Positions 1-11,121 of a DNA stretch of 64,000 bases are shown here, in pieces. How positions within the stretch are numbered: position 1 is the first letter of the stretch; every line of letters begins with the position of its first letter. The position numbers and the translations under genes are program-made. The stretch comes from an uncultured Gammaproteobacteria bacterium. GTDB taxonomy: Bacteria; Pseudomonadota; Gammaproteobacteria; SG8-11. Location: NCBI GenBank assembly GCA_964654485.1, contig CAZZJI010000007.1, positions 3,276 through 67,275 of the forward strand, given 5' to 3'. The notes beneath the pieces were generated by a model. It was not told the DNA's origin. It saw only the letters and a program-made list of their open reading frames with translations, and did no database searches.

Positions 1-2
1 TA

Positions 3-1796
3 CTAAATACACGATTCACTTACTTCGTCACATTGCTTGTAGTATTGTTCAATTTTTGTTCTCAGGGTGTTGCTGCTCCCGCTTTGGGAATGGGCTACAC
101 ACCTAAGTACAAGCCAGATTTTGATCACTTTGATTATGTTAACCCCAGTGCCGTAAAAAAAGGCAAGCTGGTACTTTCCGCATTCGGCAATTTTGACAGC
201 TTGAATCCCTATTTACTTAAGGGTATTTCCGCTGCCGGCATTACAGACCTCATACTCGAACCCTTGATGGTTCAAAGTCAGGATGAACCATTCAGTGTCT
301 ATGCGCATATTGCCAACGATATAGAACTGGCCAAGGACAAACTCTCGGTGACCTTTAAGCTAAATCCCAAAGCTCGGTTTTCAGACGGCAATCCGGTAAC
401 AGCCGACGATGTGAAATTTACTTTCGATACATTAAAAAGTGACAAGGCGCATCCGCGTTTTGGTTTTTTCTGGGCTGATATCAAAAAAGCGGTCGTGATT
501 GACAAACTCACCGTGCGCTTTGAGTTCATCAGGGTTAATCCTGAATTGCATATGATAGCTGCTCAAATGCCCGTATTTGCGAAAAAATGGATAGGTAATA
601 AATCTTTTGACAAGGTAAGTGATACGCCACCGATAGGGACAGGTCCCTACATATTAAAAAAATATGATTTGGGTAAAAATGTTATTTACGTACGTAATCC
701 AAACTATTGGGCTAAAGATAAAAATACCCGTAAAGGTATGTTTAATTTTGAGAAAATTACATTCAAGTATTACAAGGATTTTACTGTCATGCTTGAAGCT
801 TTCAAGGCGGGTGAGTTTGATTGGATATGGGAGTTTAATTCAAAAAAATGGGCGCGCGATTATAAAGGGCCGAAGTTCACATCCGGTGAAATAGCGGTGG
901 AAGAAATAAATCATAGCAATAATGCGGGTATGCAGGGGTTTATTTTCAATACGCGCAAAGACATTTTTAAAGACCAGCGCGTACGCCGTGCCATTACTCT
1001 GGCATTTGATTTTGAGTGGTCAAACGAAAAATTATTTTATAATCAATACGAGCGTTGTTACAGTTATTTCAGTAACTCCGAATTGGCCGCACCACGTGCT
1101 TTACCCGTAGGCGATGAGTTGGCTTTGTTAAACGAGTTTAAAGATAAATTACCTAAGGAAGTTTTTACTAAAGTTTGGAATCCACCATCTACCAAAAAGC
1201 CGGGCTCATTACGCAAGAACTTGCGTGAAGCGAAAAAATTGCTTGATGCGGCAGGTTGGAAAATAAAAGACGGCGAGTTAATAAATAGCAAAGGTGAGCC
1301 GTTGTCATTTGAAATGATACTGACTCAAAAAGGTTTTGAACGTATTCTGGCGCCGTTTGCGCGTAACCTGGAAAAACTGGGCATCACACTGACTTACCGC
1401 ACAGTTGATGTCTCGCTTTATCAACGTCGTTCTGATACCTTCGACTACGATATGATTGTTGCGAATTTTCCGCAATCACAATCGCCAGGTAATGAACTGC
1501 TTAATTATTGGCATTCATCTACAGCTGATCAGGAAGGTTCGAATAATGCCATAGGAGTTAAGGACCCCATTGTCGATGCGTTGATCGAGAAAGCTATTTA
1601 TGCCAAAGATCGCAAACAACTCGTCACGGCCGTACACGCGCTGGATCGGGTTTTGCTGCATGGTAATTATCAGGTACCAAACTGGTTTATTGGTAAGCAC
1701 CGTATTGCGTATTGGAAAAAATTTGCGTACCCGAAAAACCTGCCAAAATATTTTAGTGCTGACACATGGATGATAAGTACGTGGTGGAGCTTATAA
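3..1796 (+). CDS. yejA: ABC transporter periplasmic substrate-binding protein, family 5 (YejA-like); 5' end probably runs off the window
   Basis: Frame is open from the first bases of the window. Hydrophobic signal-like stretch LLVVLFNFCSQGVAA. About 590 aa, immediately upstream of yejB/yejE/yejF-like genes on the same strand. Confidence 0.8.
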   Translation, partial: LNTRFTYFVTLLVVLFNFCSQGVAAPALGMGYTPKYKPDFDHFDYVNPSAVKKGKLVLSAFGNFDSLNPYLLKGISAAGITDLILEPLMVQSQDEPFSVYAHIANDIELAKDKLSVTFKLNPKARFSDGNPVTADDVKFTFDTLKSDKAHPRFGFFWADIKKAVVIDKLTVRFEFIRVNPELHMIAAQMPVFAKKWIGNKSFDKVSDTPPIGTGPYILKKYDLGKNVIYVRNPNYWAKDKNTRKGMFNFEKITFKYYKDFTVMLEAFKAGEFDWIWEFNSKKWARDYKGPKFTSGEIAVEEINHSNNAGMQGFIFNTRKDIFKDQRVRRAITLAFDFEWSNEKLFYNQYERCYSYFSNSELAAPRALPVGDELALLNEFKDKLPKEVFTKVWNPPSTKKPGSLRKNLREAKKLLDAAGWKIKDGELINSKGEPLSFEMILTQKGFERILAPFARNLEKLGITLTYRTVDVSLYQRRSDTFDYDMIVANFPQSQSPGNELLNYWHSSTADQEGSNNAIGVKDPIVDALIEKAIYAKDRKQLVTAVHALDRVLLHGNYQVPNWFIGKHRIAYWKKFAYPKNLPKYFSADTWMISTWWSL

Positions 1797-1850
1797 TCCC
1801 AGTAACCGGATAGATTCCGACTTACTATTTTCAACTAAGAAGCATTATTA

Positions 1851-2903
1851 ATGGCAATATATATTCTAAAACGCCTACTGCTTATGATACCAACCTTGTT
1901 TGGTGTTATGTTGATTACCTTTCTGATTATCCAATTGGTGCCGGGTGGCCCAGTCGAACAGCTGATTCATCAATTGCAAGGTAGCGGTACTGGCGGCGAG
2001 GCAGCGGGGGGTAAAGTCAGTTTATATCGTGGCGATGCCGGTCTCGATTCTGAGCGTATCGCTGAACTCAAGGCGCTTTACGGTTTCGATAAACCTGCCC
2101 ATATTCGTTTTATAGAGATGATTGGTAACTTCATGGTTTTCGACCTGGGGGATAGTTACTTTTATAATAAATCAGTCACCGAGTTAATTATTTCAAAGTT
2201 ACCCGTTTCGATAAGCCTTGGTGTCTGGACTTTTTTTATTGTTTATTTGACTTGTATCCCACTTGGCATTGCAAAAGCAGTGCGTGATGGATCAAGCTTT
2301 GATGTTATTACTAGCACTATTATTCTTATCGGCTACGCTATTCCGGGCTTCGTTTTGGGTCTGCTGCTATTGGTGTTATTTGGCGGTGGTAGTTTTTGGG
2401 ATGTGTTTCCGTTAAGAGGGATTGTCTCTGATAATTGGTCGGAATTATCATGGTTTAGCAAGATTACCGACTATCTTTGGCACATGACTCTGCCCATTAT
2501 TGCTTCGGTGGTGGGTAGTTTTGCGATCATGACCATGTTAACAAAAAACAGTTTTCTTGAAGAAATTCGCAAACAATACGTGTTGACCGCGCGCGCAAAG
2601 GGACTCAAGGAAAACCACGTACTTTATAAACATATTTTCCGAAATGCGATGATTCCGCTAATAACGGGATTTCCGGCGGCGTTTATTTTTGCATTTTTCT
2701 CGGGCAGCCTGTTAATAGAAACCATCTTCTCTCTCGATGGTCTCGGTTTATTGTCGTATGAATCGATACTCAAAAGAGATTATCCGGTTGTTTTTGGTTC
2801 ACTTTATTTTTATACCATCATTGGTTTGATTGCAAAACTGATGTCTGACTTGAGTTATGTCCTGATAGATCCGCGTATACAGTTTGATTCAGTGTCACAA
2901 TGA
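1851..2903 (+). CDS. yejB: ABC transporter permease, YejB-like (peptide / microcin C type importer)
   Basis: 350 aa multi-TM protein. Long stretches match my memory of E. coli YejB (ITDYLWHMTLP, LTKNSFLEEIRKQYVLTARAKG, DPRIQF C-terminus). Confidence 0.9.
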   Translation: MAIYILKRLLLMIPTLFGVMLITFLIIQLVPGGPVEQLIHQLQGSGTGGEAAGGKVSLYRGDAGLDSERIAELKALYGFDKPAHIRFIEMIGNFMVFDLGDSYFYNKSVTELIISKLPVSISLGVWTFFIVYLTCIPLGIAKAVRDGSSFDVITSTIILIGYAIPGFVLGLLLLVLFGGGSFWDVFPLRGIVSDNWSELSWFSKITDYLWHMTLPIIASVVGSFAIMTMLTKNSFLEEIRKQYVLTARAKGLKENHVLYKHIFRNAMIPLITGFPAAFIFAFFSGSLLIETIFSLDGLGLLSYESILKRDYPVVFGSLYFYTIIGLIAKLMSDLSYVLIDPRIQFDSVSQ

Positions 2904-3940
2904 ACGGAATAGCGGTAAATCACAAACAATCGCCTTACAGCCGTAGCTGGAAGCGTTTTAAGTCCAACAAGCGAGGATATTACAGTCTATGGATTTTCAG
3001 TGTCCTGTTTGTACTTAGCTTGGTTGCAGAAGTGTTCAGCAATGACAAGCCGATCATAATCAGTTATCACAATACCTATTATTTTCCAGTTTTAAAAACG
3101 TATGCCGAGACTGAGTTTGGTGGGGATTTTGAAACCGAGGCGGACTACAATGACGAATTTATCAAAGAAAAAATAACCAACAATGGTAATTGGGCCATTT
3201 ATGCACCCAACCCGTATAGTTACGATAGCATCAGCTATTTTAATGAACAACCTAATCCGGCCTCGCCATCAGAGCAGAATTTACTGGGGACCGATGATCG
3301 TGGGCGAGATGTACTTGCAAGGTTAATTTATGGTTTTCGGTTATCTGTGGTGTTTGCGCTGGTATTGACTGTCATCGGCACTTTAATCGGGATACTGGCA
3401 GGGTCACTGCAAGGTTATATAGGCGGTCGCTTTGATTTATTTTCTCAACGTATTATTGAAGTGTGGTCTTCCATGCCTGAACTCTATATCCTGATTATCT
3501 TTTCCTCGATATTTAATCAGAGTGTCTTCTTGTTGATTATACTGCTGTCTGCTTTTGGCTGGATGGGGCTGTCTGATTATGTGCGTGCGGAATTTCTGCG
3601 TGGTCGAAATATGGACTATGTAAAGGCTGCACGTGCATTGGGCGCGACTAATCGTTCTATAATGTTTCGGCATTTATTACCCAACGGGTTAACACCCGTT
3701 ATCACTTTTTTACCATTCCGTATTAGCGGGGCTATTCTTGCACTGACCAGCCTGGACTTTCTCGGTTTAGGTGTGCCGCCCTCAACGCCAAGTTTGGGTG
3801 AATTACTCGCGCAGGGCAAAGAGAATATAGATGCCTGGTGGTTATCATTGACAACATTTTTTGTATTAGTAGGGACCTTGATGTTGCTGATTTTTATTGG
3901 CGAGGCCTTGCGCGAAGCGATGGATACACGACGAGGATAG
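2900..3940 (+). CDS. yejE: ABC transporter permease, YejE-like
   Basis: 346 aa. 4-nt overlap with yejB. DppC/OppC-type permease features and position in the operon. Confidence 0.85.
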   Translation: MNGIAVNHKQSPYSRSWKRFKSNKRGYYSLWIFSVLFVLSLVAEVFSNDKPIIISYHNTYYFPVLKTYAETEFGGDFETEADYNDEFIKEKITNNGNWAIYAPNPYSYDSISYFNEQPNPASPSEQNLLGTDDRGRDVLARLIYGFRLSVVFALVLTVIGTLIGILAGSLQGYIGGRFDLFSQRIIEVWSSMPELYILIIFSSIFNQSVFLLIILLSAFGWMGLSDYVRAEFLRGRNMDYVKAARALGATNRSIMFRHLLPNGLTPVITFLPFRISGAILALTSLDFLGLGVPPSTPSLGELLAQGKENIDAWWLSLTTFFVLVGTLMLLIFIGEALREAMDTRRG

Positions 3941-4024
3941 TGATAGAGCTGGAAAAAAAGGAAAAAATGAAATTTTTGGAGCACAGAGAATACCATGATT
4001 AGGTTGTTTTTTTAGGAGTGGTTT

Positions 4025-5629
4025 TTGGTGAGTTTGCTGGTAGTTGATAATTTATCTGTTACGTTTGGGAAATACGAGGAGAAGACCCAGGTTGTCTCGC
4101 GCGTAAGCTTTGCAATGCGAGCAGGAGAAAGACTCGCGCTTGTGGGTGAATCAGGCTCTGGAAAATCTGTTACTGCCTTGTCCATTCTTCAGCTACATGA
4201 TCGTTCACAAGTCTCATACCCGGAAGGTAAAATCGAATTTAACGGCCAAAATCTGCTTAAATATGACGAAAACCAAATGTGTAATATACGTGGTAAAGAG
4301 ATTGCCATGATATTCCAGGAGCCGATGACGTCTTTGAACCCGGTTTATCCTATTGGCAAACAATTGATAGAACCTTTGGTGCTTCATGAAAAGCTTTCAA
4401 AAGAAATCGCCCGCAAACGTGCAATTGAATTGCTCGATCTCACTGGTATTCCTGAACCCAATAAACGTATCGACGCGTTTCCACACATGATGTCCGGTGG
4501 ACAGCGTCAACGCGTCATGATCGCCATGGCATTGGCCTGTAGTCCAAAATTATTGATTGCCGATGAACCGACGACTGCGCTTGATGTCACCGTGCAGTTG
4601 CAAATATTAAACCTGTTGGAAGATTTGCAAAGGGATTTCTCTATGGGCGTGCTTATGATCACGCATGATCTGAACATGGTGCGGCGTTTTGCCGAGCGAG
4701 TTTGTGTTATGCAAAAAGGCGAGCTGGTGGAGCAGGGAGAAATGAAATCCCTGTTTAGTGAGCCCAAACATCCTTATACGATTCACCTGCTTAATAGCCA
4801 GCCTAAAAAAATGATTTCCGGATCATTGGACGTAAAAAACCAGACCTCCTTATTAAAGGCCGATAACATTCGTTGCTACTTCCCAATTAAAGGGGGATTT
4901 TTCCGTAAAACGATCGGCGAAATAAAAGCGGTCGATGATATTAGCCTCGATTTGCAACACGGCGAGACAATTGGCATCGTAGGGGAATCAGGCTCTGGAA
5001 AATCAACACTGGGTATGTGTTTACTCAGACTGCAAAATTGTGAAGGTCAAATTGACTTTGACGGAAAACGCCTTGATCAACTCAGCCTGCGTGAAATTCG
5101 ACCTTTGCGTTCAAATTTTCAGGTGGTGTTTCAGGATCCATTCTCATCGTTGTCGCCTCGTATGATTATCGAACAAATCGTGGCAGAAGGCTTGGAAATT
5201 CATGCACCTCATCTTAACGAACAACAACGCCATGAGAAGGTCGTTAAGGCCATGCAGGAAGTGGGTCTCGAAGAGGATATGCTTTGGCGTTACCCACACG
5301 AATTTTCCGGTGGGCAACGCCAACGTATTGCCATCGCGCGCGTAATCGTACTTGAACCAAAATTGATCCTGCTGGATGAACCCACTAGTGCACTTGATGT
5401 GTCCGTTCAAAAACAAGTGCTGGAAATACTCAGGGATTTACAGGAAAAACATAATATAAGCTATTTATTTATTACCCATGACCTCAAAGTCATCCGCGCC
5501 GTGGCGCATCGTATTATTGTTATGAAAGATGGGCAAATCGTAGAGCAAGGTGACACAGAACAACTTTTTATCAATCCGCAACAGGGTTACACTAAAGATT
5601 TGTTACATGCCTCATTGTTTGTCGAATAG
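4025..5629 (+). CDS. yejF: ABC transporter ATP-binding protein with two fused ABC domains, YejF-like
   Basis: 534 aa, TTG start. Two Walker A motifs (GESGSGKS twice), two signature motifs ([16 protein letters not shown]), two Walker B ([24 protein letters not shown]). Confidence 0.9.
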   Translation: MVSLLVVDNLSVTFGKYEEKTQVVSRVSFAMRAGERLALVGESGSGKSVTALSILQLHDRSQVSYPEGKIEFNGQNLLKYDENQMCNIRGKEIAMIFQEPMTSLNPVYPIGKQLIEPLVLHEKLSKEIARKRAIELLDLTGIPEPNKRIDAFPHMMSGGQRQRVMIAMALACSPKLLIADEPTTALDVTVQLQILNLLEDLQRDFSMGVLMITHDLNMVRRFAERVCVMQKGELVEQGEMKSLFSEPKHPYTIHLLNSQPKKMISGSLDVKNQTSLLKADNIRCYFPIKGGFFRKTIGEIKAVDDISLDLQHGETIGIVGESGSGKSTLGMCLLRLQNCEGQIDFDGKRLDQLSLREIRPLRSNFQVVFQDPFSSLSPRMIIEQIVAEGLEIHAPHLNEQQRHEKVVKAMQEVGLEEDMLWRYPHEFSGGQRQRIAIARVIVLEPKLILLDEPTSALDVSVQKQVLEILRDLQEKHNISYLFITHDLKVIRAVAHRIIVMKDGQIVEQGDTEQLFINPQQGYTKDLLHASLFVE

Positions 5630-5686
5630 CACTTGTCGCTAACTATTGTTATTAACTTTTGTTGCTAACTACGTCTCATATAAATA

Positions 5687-7714
5687 ATGCTAATGAATAA
5701 CATACTACTCAAAGTCACCGACCTGAAAACCTGGTTCCAGCAAGGTAAAAAAACAGTACGTGCGGTCGATGGAGTTAGCTTCTCAATCAAAAAAGGAGAA
5801 ACTTTCGCATTATTAGGTGAGTCCGGTTGCGGCAAATCAATGACCGCGTTATCTGTTATGCGACTAGTCCCGCAGCCTGCTGGGCGCGTTGTTTCGGGAT
5901 CAATCAAATTAAATGGCACAGAGCTGCTTTCCACACCCGAAACGTCTATGCGAAAAATTCGCGGTGGTCGCATAGCCATGATTTTTCAGGAACCCATGAC
6001 CAGTCTAAACCCGGTATTGACCGTTGGCGAGCAGATTCACGAAAGTGTTATGTTACATAAAGGCCTAAAGGGCAGTGTTGCAAAAACACGAGTATTGGAA
6101 TTGCTTGATGCTGTCGGTATTCCTGATCCAGGCCGACGCTATAACGAATATCCCCATCAGCTGTCTGGCGGCATGAAACAACGCATTATGATTGCGATTG
6201 CCTTGGCGGGTGATCCGGAATTATTAATTGCTGATGAACCGACGACGGCATTGGATGTCACTATCCAGGCACAAGTATTGACGTTACTGGAAGATATTCA
6301 GAAAAAAACAGGCATGGCGATTTTATTGATTACGCATGATTTAGGCATAGTCTCAGAAATGGTTGATCGTGTTGCCGTCATGTACGCAGGCCAAATTGTT
6401 GAGGTGGCGCCTCGCAAAGCATTTTTCGCTAAACCCAAACATCCTTACACCAAAAAATTGTTTGAGTCACTCCCCACCATGGGAAAAAGGGATCAGCCTT
6501 TAGCCGTTATTCGTGGTTCGGTACCAGTGTTATCGCAAGAGTTTCAAGGATGCCGTTTCGAGCCGCGCTGTGAATTCGTCATTGATGTTTGCAAAGAATT
6601 TGTACCAGATTGGATTGAATTTGATGACAGACGTGTGCGTTGTCATTTGGAGGACAAAAAATACGCGGAAAAAAAAGCCATTACTGAAGAGCTTATTAAT
6701 ACCGATGACCATAAACAAACGCCGAAAAAAATTGCCAACGAGACAATACAAGCTAATCTGCTCACTGCCAGGGAATTAACGGTTCATTTTGCGGTACAAT
6801 CAGGGTTCTTAAAAAAACGGGTTGGCTGGGTCAAAGCGGTTGATGGTGTTTCGCTTGATTTGAAAACCGGACAGACTATCGCACTGGTAGGAGAATCCGG
6901 TTGCGGTAAAACAACGGTGGCTAAAGGTATTTTACAACTGCAGAAACTCACTTCGGGCAGCGTCACGTTTAATAATCAGGACGTAAGCACACTGTCTTCT
7001 GTTGCGCTGAAAAACTACCGTGGCGATGTACAAATTATTTTTCAGGATCCATTTTCCTCTATGAATCCGCGAATGAAGGTGCGTGATATTATCTCAGAAG
7101 GCATGATCGCGCAAAAGATCAAGACCGGTGTGAAAGAGCGTGAAGAATGTATAGATGAATTGCTAAACCAGGTGGGATTGCCGGTAGAAGTGAAAAATCG
7201 TTACCCGCACGAATTTTCTGGCGGACAAAGGCAACGAATTTGTGTTGCCCGCGCATTGGCGGTAGATCCAAAACTGATTGTCTGTGATGAACCAACCAGT
7301 GCACTGGATGTATCGGTGCAGGCACAAATTCTTAATCTATTAAAGAAACTACAGAATGAGATGGGTTTGGCCTATCTTTTTATTACACATAATATTTCGG
7401 TAGTGGAATACCTGGCCGATGAAGTTGCAGTCATGTATCTCGGCAGGATTGTTGAACAGGGTAGTGTCGATGAAATATTGAAAACCCCAAAACACCCCTA
7501 TACACAAGCTTTACTCAGCGCGGTTCCTAAGATCGATAAAAAAACGGATAGAGAAGTTATTCGATTGAAAGGTGAGTTACCTTCGCCTGTTAATCCGCCT
7601 GCGGGATGCCATTTTCATCCACGCTGTGGAAAAATAATGGACGATTGCAAAAAAAGATACCCAGCTAAACGAAACCTGGGTAAATCGCGCTGGGTTAGCT
7701 GCTATTTGTACTGA
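5687..7714 (+). CDS. Second fused double ABC ATPase (DppD/DppF- or GsiA-like), each half followed by a Cys-rich oligopeptide-transporter C-terminal segment
   Basis: 675 aa. Walker A GESGCGKS twice, signatures LSGGMKQR and FSGGQRQR. Cys clusters [14 protein letters not shown] and [14 protein letters not shown]. Confidence 0.85.
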   Translation: MLMNNILLKVTDLKTWFQQGKKTVRAVDGVSFSIKKGETFALLGESGCGKSMTALSVMRLVPQPAGRVVSGSIKLNGTELLSTPETSMRKIRGGRIAMIFQEPMTSLNPVLTVGEQIHESVMLHKGLKGSVAKTRVLELLDAVGIPDPGRRYNEYPHQLSGGMKQRIMIAIALAGDPELLIADEPTTALDVTIQAQVLTLLEDIQKKTGMAILLITHDLGIVSEMVDRVAVMYAGQIVEVAPRKAFFAKPKHPYTKKLFESLPTMGKRDQPLAVIRGSVPVLSQEFQGCRFEPRCEFVIDVCKEFVPDWIEFDDRRVRCHLEDKKYAEKKAITEELINTDDHKQTPKKIANETIQANLLTARELTVHFAVQSGFLKKRVGWVKAVDGVSLDLKTGQTIALVGESGCGKTTVAKGILQLQKLTSGSVTFNNQDVSTLSSVALKNYRGDVQIIFQDPFSSMNPRMKVRDIISEGMIAQKIKTGVKEREECIDELLNQVGLPVEVKNRYPHEFSGGQRQRICVARALAVDPKLIVCDEPTSALDVSVQAQILNLLKKLQNEMGLAYLFITHNISVVEYLADEVAVMYLGRIVEQGSVDEILKTPKHPYTQALLSAVPKIDKKTDREVIRLKGELPSPVNPPAGCHFHPRCGKIMDDCKKRYPAKRNLGKSRWVSCYLY

Positions 7715-7715
7715 G

Positions 7716-8318
7716 ATGATTTCAATGAAGATTTCACAACGCTATATATTATTTATAGTATCGATTACAACAATTATTGTGTTGTCCGGGTGTGTGTCGC
7801 CGATCCCATTACACAATGTCCAGTACACGGGCGCCGTAAATGTAACGAGTTCGAAAACTGCAAAAGTTCAGCTTGCTTCTAGTGAGGGTCGTACTGACAT
7901 ATCAGAGGGTGAAATTAATCCCCCCATCTCGACTGGTCCCGACCCCTATCTACGCTTCCATATTAGAAACCAACGCGCTTTCCTGGTGGCCTTACGCAAG
8001 GAACTTGTTCGCTTGAGCGTATTCAAATCAGCTGTGGGTGGAAATTCTTCCAAGCCAGCGGATATTACGATTACTATCATTTTTACACAAACCCACCACG
8101 ATGTTGATGACCAGGTGTATACGCTTCATGTTACGATGGAACTTAGTGGTGGGACTCTACCTTTGCGTGAACAATATCGCGTGATTTCGTCGGTAAAAGA
8201 CAGCAGTTGGGAAAAATGGAATACTACCGCTTATCAAGGCAAGGAAAAGGCGGTTAAGCGTTTACTTGAAAAACTAATACCCGCTATTGAGGTATATCTT
8301 AATACGACCGATGAATAA
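7716..8318 (+). CDS. Hypothetical lipoprotein
   Basis: 200 aa. Starts 1 nt after the stop of the upstream ATPase gene. Signal peptide with lipobox IVLSGC. No recognisable family. Confidence 0.6.
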   Translation: MISMKISQRYILFIVSITTIIVLSGCVSPIPLHNVQYTGAVNVTSSKTAKVQLASSEGRTDISEGEINPPISTGPDPYLRFHIRNQRAFLVALRKELVRLSVFKSAVGGNSSKPADITITIIFTQTHHDVDDQVYTLHVTMELSGGTLPLREQYRVISSVKDSSWEKWNTTAYQGKEKAVKRLLEKLIPAIEVYLNTTDE

Positions 8319-8498
8319 ACGCAGGCATTTGAGTTTGCTAAGTATACACTTAGTATTACATCCACCTATTTTTAAGAATTTAAACTTGAAATACACCAAT
8401 GAAGACTGGATAATAGTTACAACGAACCGATAATACTTTAGTAATTAATAAGTTAGGCTACAATAATAGAAACGATATACCCAAAATATGCAACTATT

Positions 8499-11102
8499 GT
8501 GATCAAAATCCTTTCCAAATTACTGGCAAATCTTTCTTTGATTAATAACCACTATAAACAAGTGGCCAAATTCATGTGTTGTTCAGCCCCGGGTTTAATT
8601 GTGTTTTTGCTTTTGTTGATGCCGATGGCCGGTGTGGCCAATGACGCATTTCCTCGGCCTGCCCAACTCGAACCCGATGTCAATTTTTGGAAGCGTGTGT
8701 ATACCGAAATCAACACTGACCAAGGTTATATTCATGATGATAGAAATCTCAGCGTTGTTTATGAAAAAATTAACTTACCTGCCAATGCCAGCAGAAAAAC
8801 GAGACAACGCTATGTAAAACGGGTAAAGAAAAAATACAAAGCAATATTAAAGAAACTGGCCAAAGGTAACTATCGAAACTTAAATAGAGAAGAAAGTCGT
8901 ATATTGGCGTTATGGCCCAAAGGTGTCAGTAAGAAAACCTTGCGAAGAGCGATTAACCAAACTCGGTTTCAGCGAGGACAATCGGATAAATTTAGAGAAG
9001 GCCTGATTCGATCCGGTATGTGGAAACCTTATATTCTGGAAGTATTGGATAAAATGGATTTGCCTAGGGAAATTTCAGCGCTACCTCATGTGGAATCTTC
9101 TTTTAATCATAAGGCCTATTCGAAAGTAGGCGCTGCCGGGATGTGGCAGTTTATGCGCTCGACAGGTCGGCGATTTATGCGTGTTGATCATGTTGTTGAC
9201 GAACGTATGGATCCGTTGAAGGCGACCGTCGCCGCTGCTAGATTGCTCGATTATAATTTTAAAGTGACCGGCACCTGGCCACTCGCGCTTATTTCCTATA
9301 ATCACGGTTCAGCAGGCATGCGTCGCGCATCACGGGCGATCGGTACCACAGATATTGTGCCGATATTGCGTAAATACAGCAGTCGTACTTTTAAATTTGC
9401 CTCGCGAAATTTTTACGTCGCGTTTCTCGCCGCAGTGGAAATCGATAAAAATTCTGAAAAATATTTTGGGAAGCTTGTTCTAAAACCGCCTTTCGATTAT
9501 GAAATTATAAAAATTCCTGCATACATGACTATAACAGGGATCGGCAAAGCGCTGGGTTTATCCAGCGCTGAATTGAAGTTGTCGAATCCAGCGTTACGCT
9601 CGCCAGTGTGGAATGGCAATAAATATGTTCCAAAAAATTATGAACTTAAAATCGATAACAAATATATTAAAGGAAAAGAATTCGCTAATAACGCGATTGC
9701 GTCTATTGATCCAAGCTTTCATTTTCACAAACAAAAGCCTGATCGATTTCACCGGGTTCGACGTGGGCAGACGCTATCGGTGATCGCTGCACGCTATGGT
9801 GTTCGAGTTAGCGAAATTGTTGCGTTAAATGGGCTTCGTAATCGTCACAGCATTCGTGCGGGTAAAACATTACGCTTGCCGCAAAAAGGGAAAGGGCAGG
9901 TTATAAGACGTACTGTCGTTGCAGAAAATCGTTCTCCAGATATTGGCCCGATACCGATTCCGGAAAGTGGTAAATATAAAGTCCGCCGGGGTGATAATAT
10001 TGATCGTATTGCTAAACGGTTTGGTATTACATCCAAAGAATTACAAAAACTTAATCGCATTCGTAATAAGAACCGTATTTATCCTGGACAGTATCTGACT
10101 TTGGCGAAGGCGCCCAGCGACACTCAGCGGACCTTAACGCAAGCCAAGGAACTACAGTTGGCAAGGGTGGATAAAAAACAAGTTATTTCGCATAAGCCTG
10201 ACGTTACAATTCAGCAATCAAGCCAGCAACAAATACAAGCAGTTGAAAAAATTGCAGTTGTTGCGACTCAAGACAAAGCTGTAAATGTAAAACAAAAAAT
10301 AAAGAAAGTTGAGTTTCCGATATCAGAAACATTGAATAGCGAGACAACAAATCAGAGTGAAAGCCAGGATGCAGACTCCACTGAAGCAAATAATACAAAT
10401 GTGATAATTGCTTCAGTTGTGACAGGAGAAGATGAAAATAAAATTGCGAACCTGGAAACAGTTCCGGTATTGGAGCCGACTGCTGATCAAACCCCGCTAC
10501 AGCTAGAAAATATTAGTGACACAGCGTCAGCAACAGTGCTAACAGATGCAAGTGAACAAGTGTTGAGTTCTATTGAAAATGAAGTAGTGCTTGATAATTC
10601 TAATGAGTCAATTGGTAGTTCGGCAATTTCAGATTCTGAAGACGAGTTATTGGCGGATCCCAGCGATTACTCTGTATTTAAAAACAAAACGATTGAAATA
10701 CAAGCTGCTGAAACATTAGGGCATTATGCCGAATGGTTACAATTAAGAGCGAGTCGCTTGAGAAGGGTAAATTCAATGCGTTATGGTACGCCAGTTGTTG
10801 TTGGCAGACGGTTAAAACTGGATTTTTCCCGAGTGACGCCAGAGCAGTTTGAACAAGAACGGGTTGCCTATCATCGAACCTTACAAGGTGAGTTCTTTGA
10901 GCAGTATCAAATTAACGGCACTGATAAATATAAACTTAGACGGGGTCAATCTATTTGGGTGCTAGCAAATCGAAAATACAAAATACCTATTTGGCTTTTA
11001 CGGCAATATAATCCGGACCTTGATTTCAATAAAGTACGCCGGGGAACTATTATTACCTTTCCCAAAATAGAAGCTCGTTCAACAGTTGAAACGACCGGCT
11101 AA
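8499..11102 (+). CDS. mltD: Lytic murein transglycosylase with LysM repeats (MltD-like), unusually long; more likely start at 8574 (MCCSAPGLIVFLLLLMPMAGVA signal)
   Basis: SLT catalytic region HVESSFNHKAYSKVGAAGMWQFM. LysM-like repeats (HRVRRGQTLSVIAARYGV..., YKVRRGDNIDRIAKRFGI..., YKLRRGQSIWVLANRYKI...). Confidence 0.8.
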   Translation: MIKILSKLLANLSLINNHYKQVAKFMCCSAPGLIVFLLLLMPMAGVANDAFPRPAQLEPDVNFWKRVYTEINTDQGYIHDDRNLSVVYEKINLPANASRKTRQRYVKRVKKKYKAILKKLAKGNYRNLNREESRILALWPKGVSKKTLRRAINQTRFQRGQSDKFREGLIRSGMWKPYILEVLDKMDLPREISALPHVESSFNHKAYSKVGAAGMWQFMRSTGRRFMRVDHVVDERMDPLKATVAAARLLDYNFKVTGTWPLALISYNHGSAGMRRASRAIGTTDIVPILRKYSSRTFKFASRNFYVAFLAAVEIDKNSEKYFGKLVLKPPFDYEIIKIPAYMTITGIGKALGLSSAELKLSNPALRSPVWNGNKYVPKNYELKIDNKYIKGKEFANNAIASIDPSFHFHKQKPDRFHRVRRGQTLSVIAARYGVRVSEIVALNGLRNRHSIRAGKTLRLPQKGKGQVIRRTVVAENRSPDIGPIPIPESGKYKVRRGDNIDRIAKRFGITSKELQKLNRIRNKNRIYPGQYLTLAKAPSDTQRTLTQAKELQLARVDKKQVISHKPDVTIQQSSQQQIQAVEKIAVVATQDKAVNVKQKIKKVEFPISETLNSETTNQSESQDADSTEANNTNVIIASVVTGEDENKIANLETVPVLEPTADQTPLQLENISDTASATVLTDASEQVLSSIENEVVLDNSNESIGSSAISDSEDELLADPSDYSVFKNKTIEIQAAETLGHYAEWLQLRASRLRRVNSMRYGTPVVVGRRLKLDFSRVTPEQFEQERVAYHRTLQGEFFEQYQINGTDKYKLRRGQSIWVLANRKYKIPIWLLRQYNPDLDFNKVRRGTIITFPKIEARSTVETTG

Positions 11103-11121
11103 CAATAGATGCCTCTGTTTT

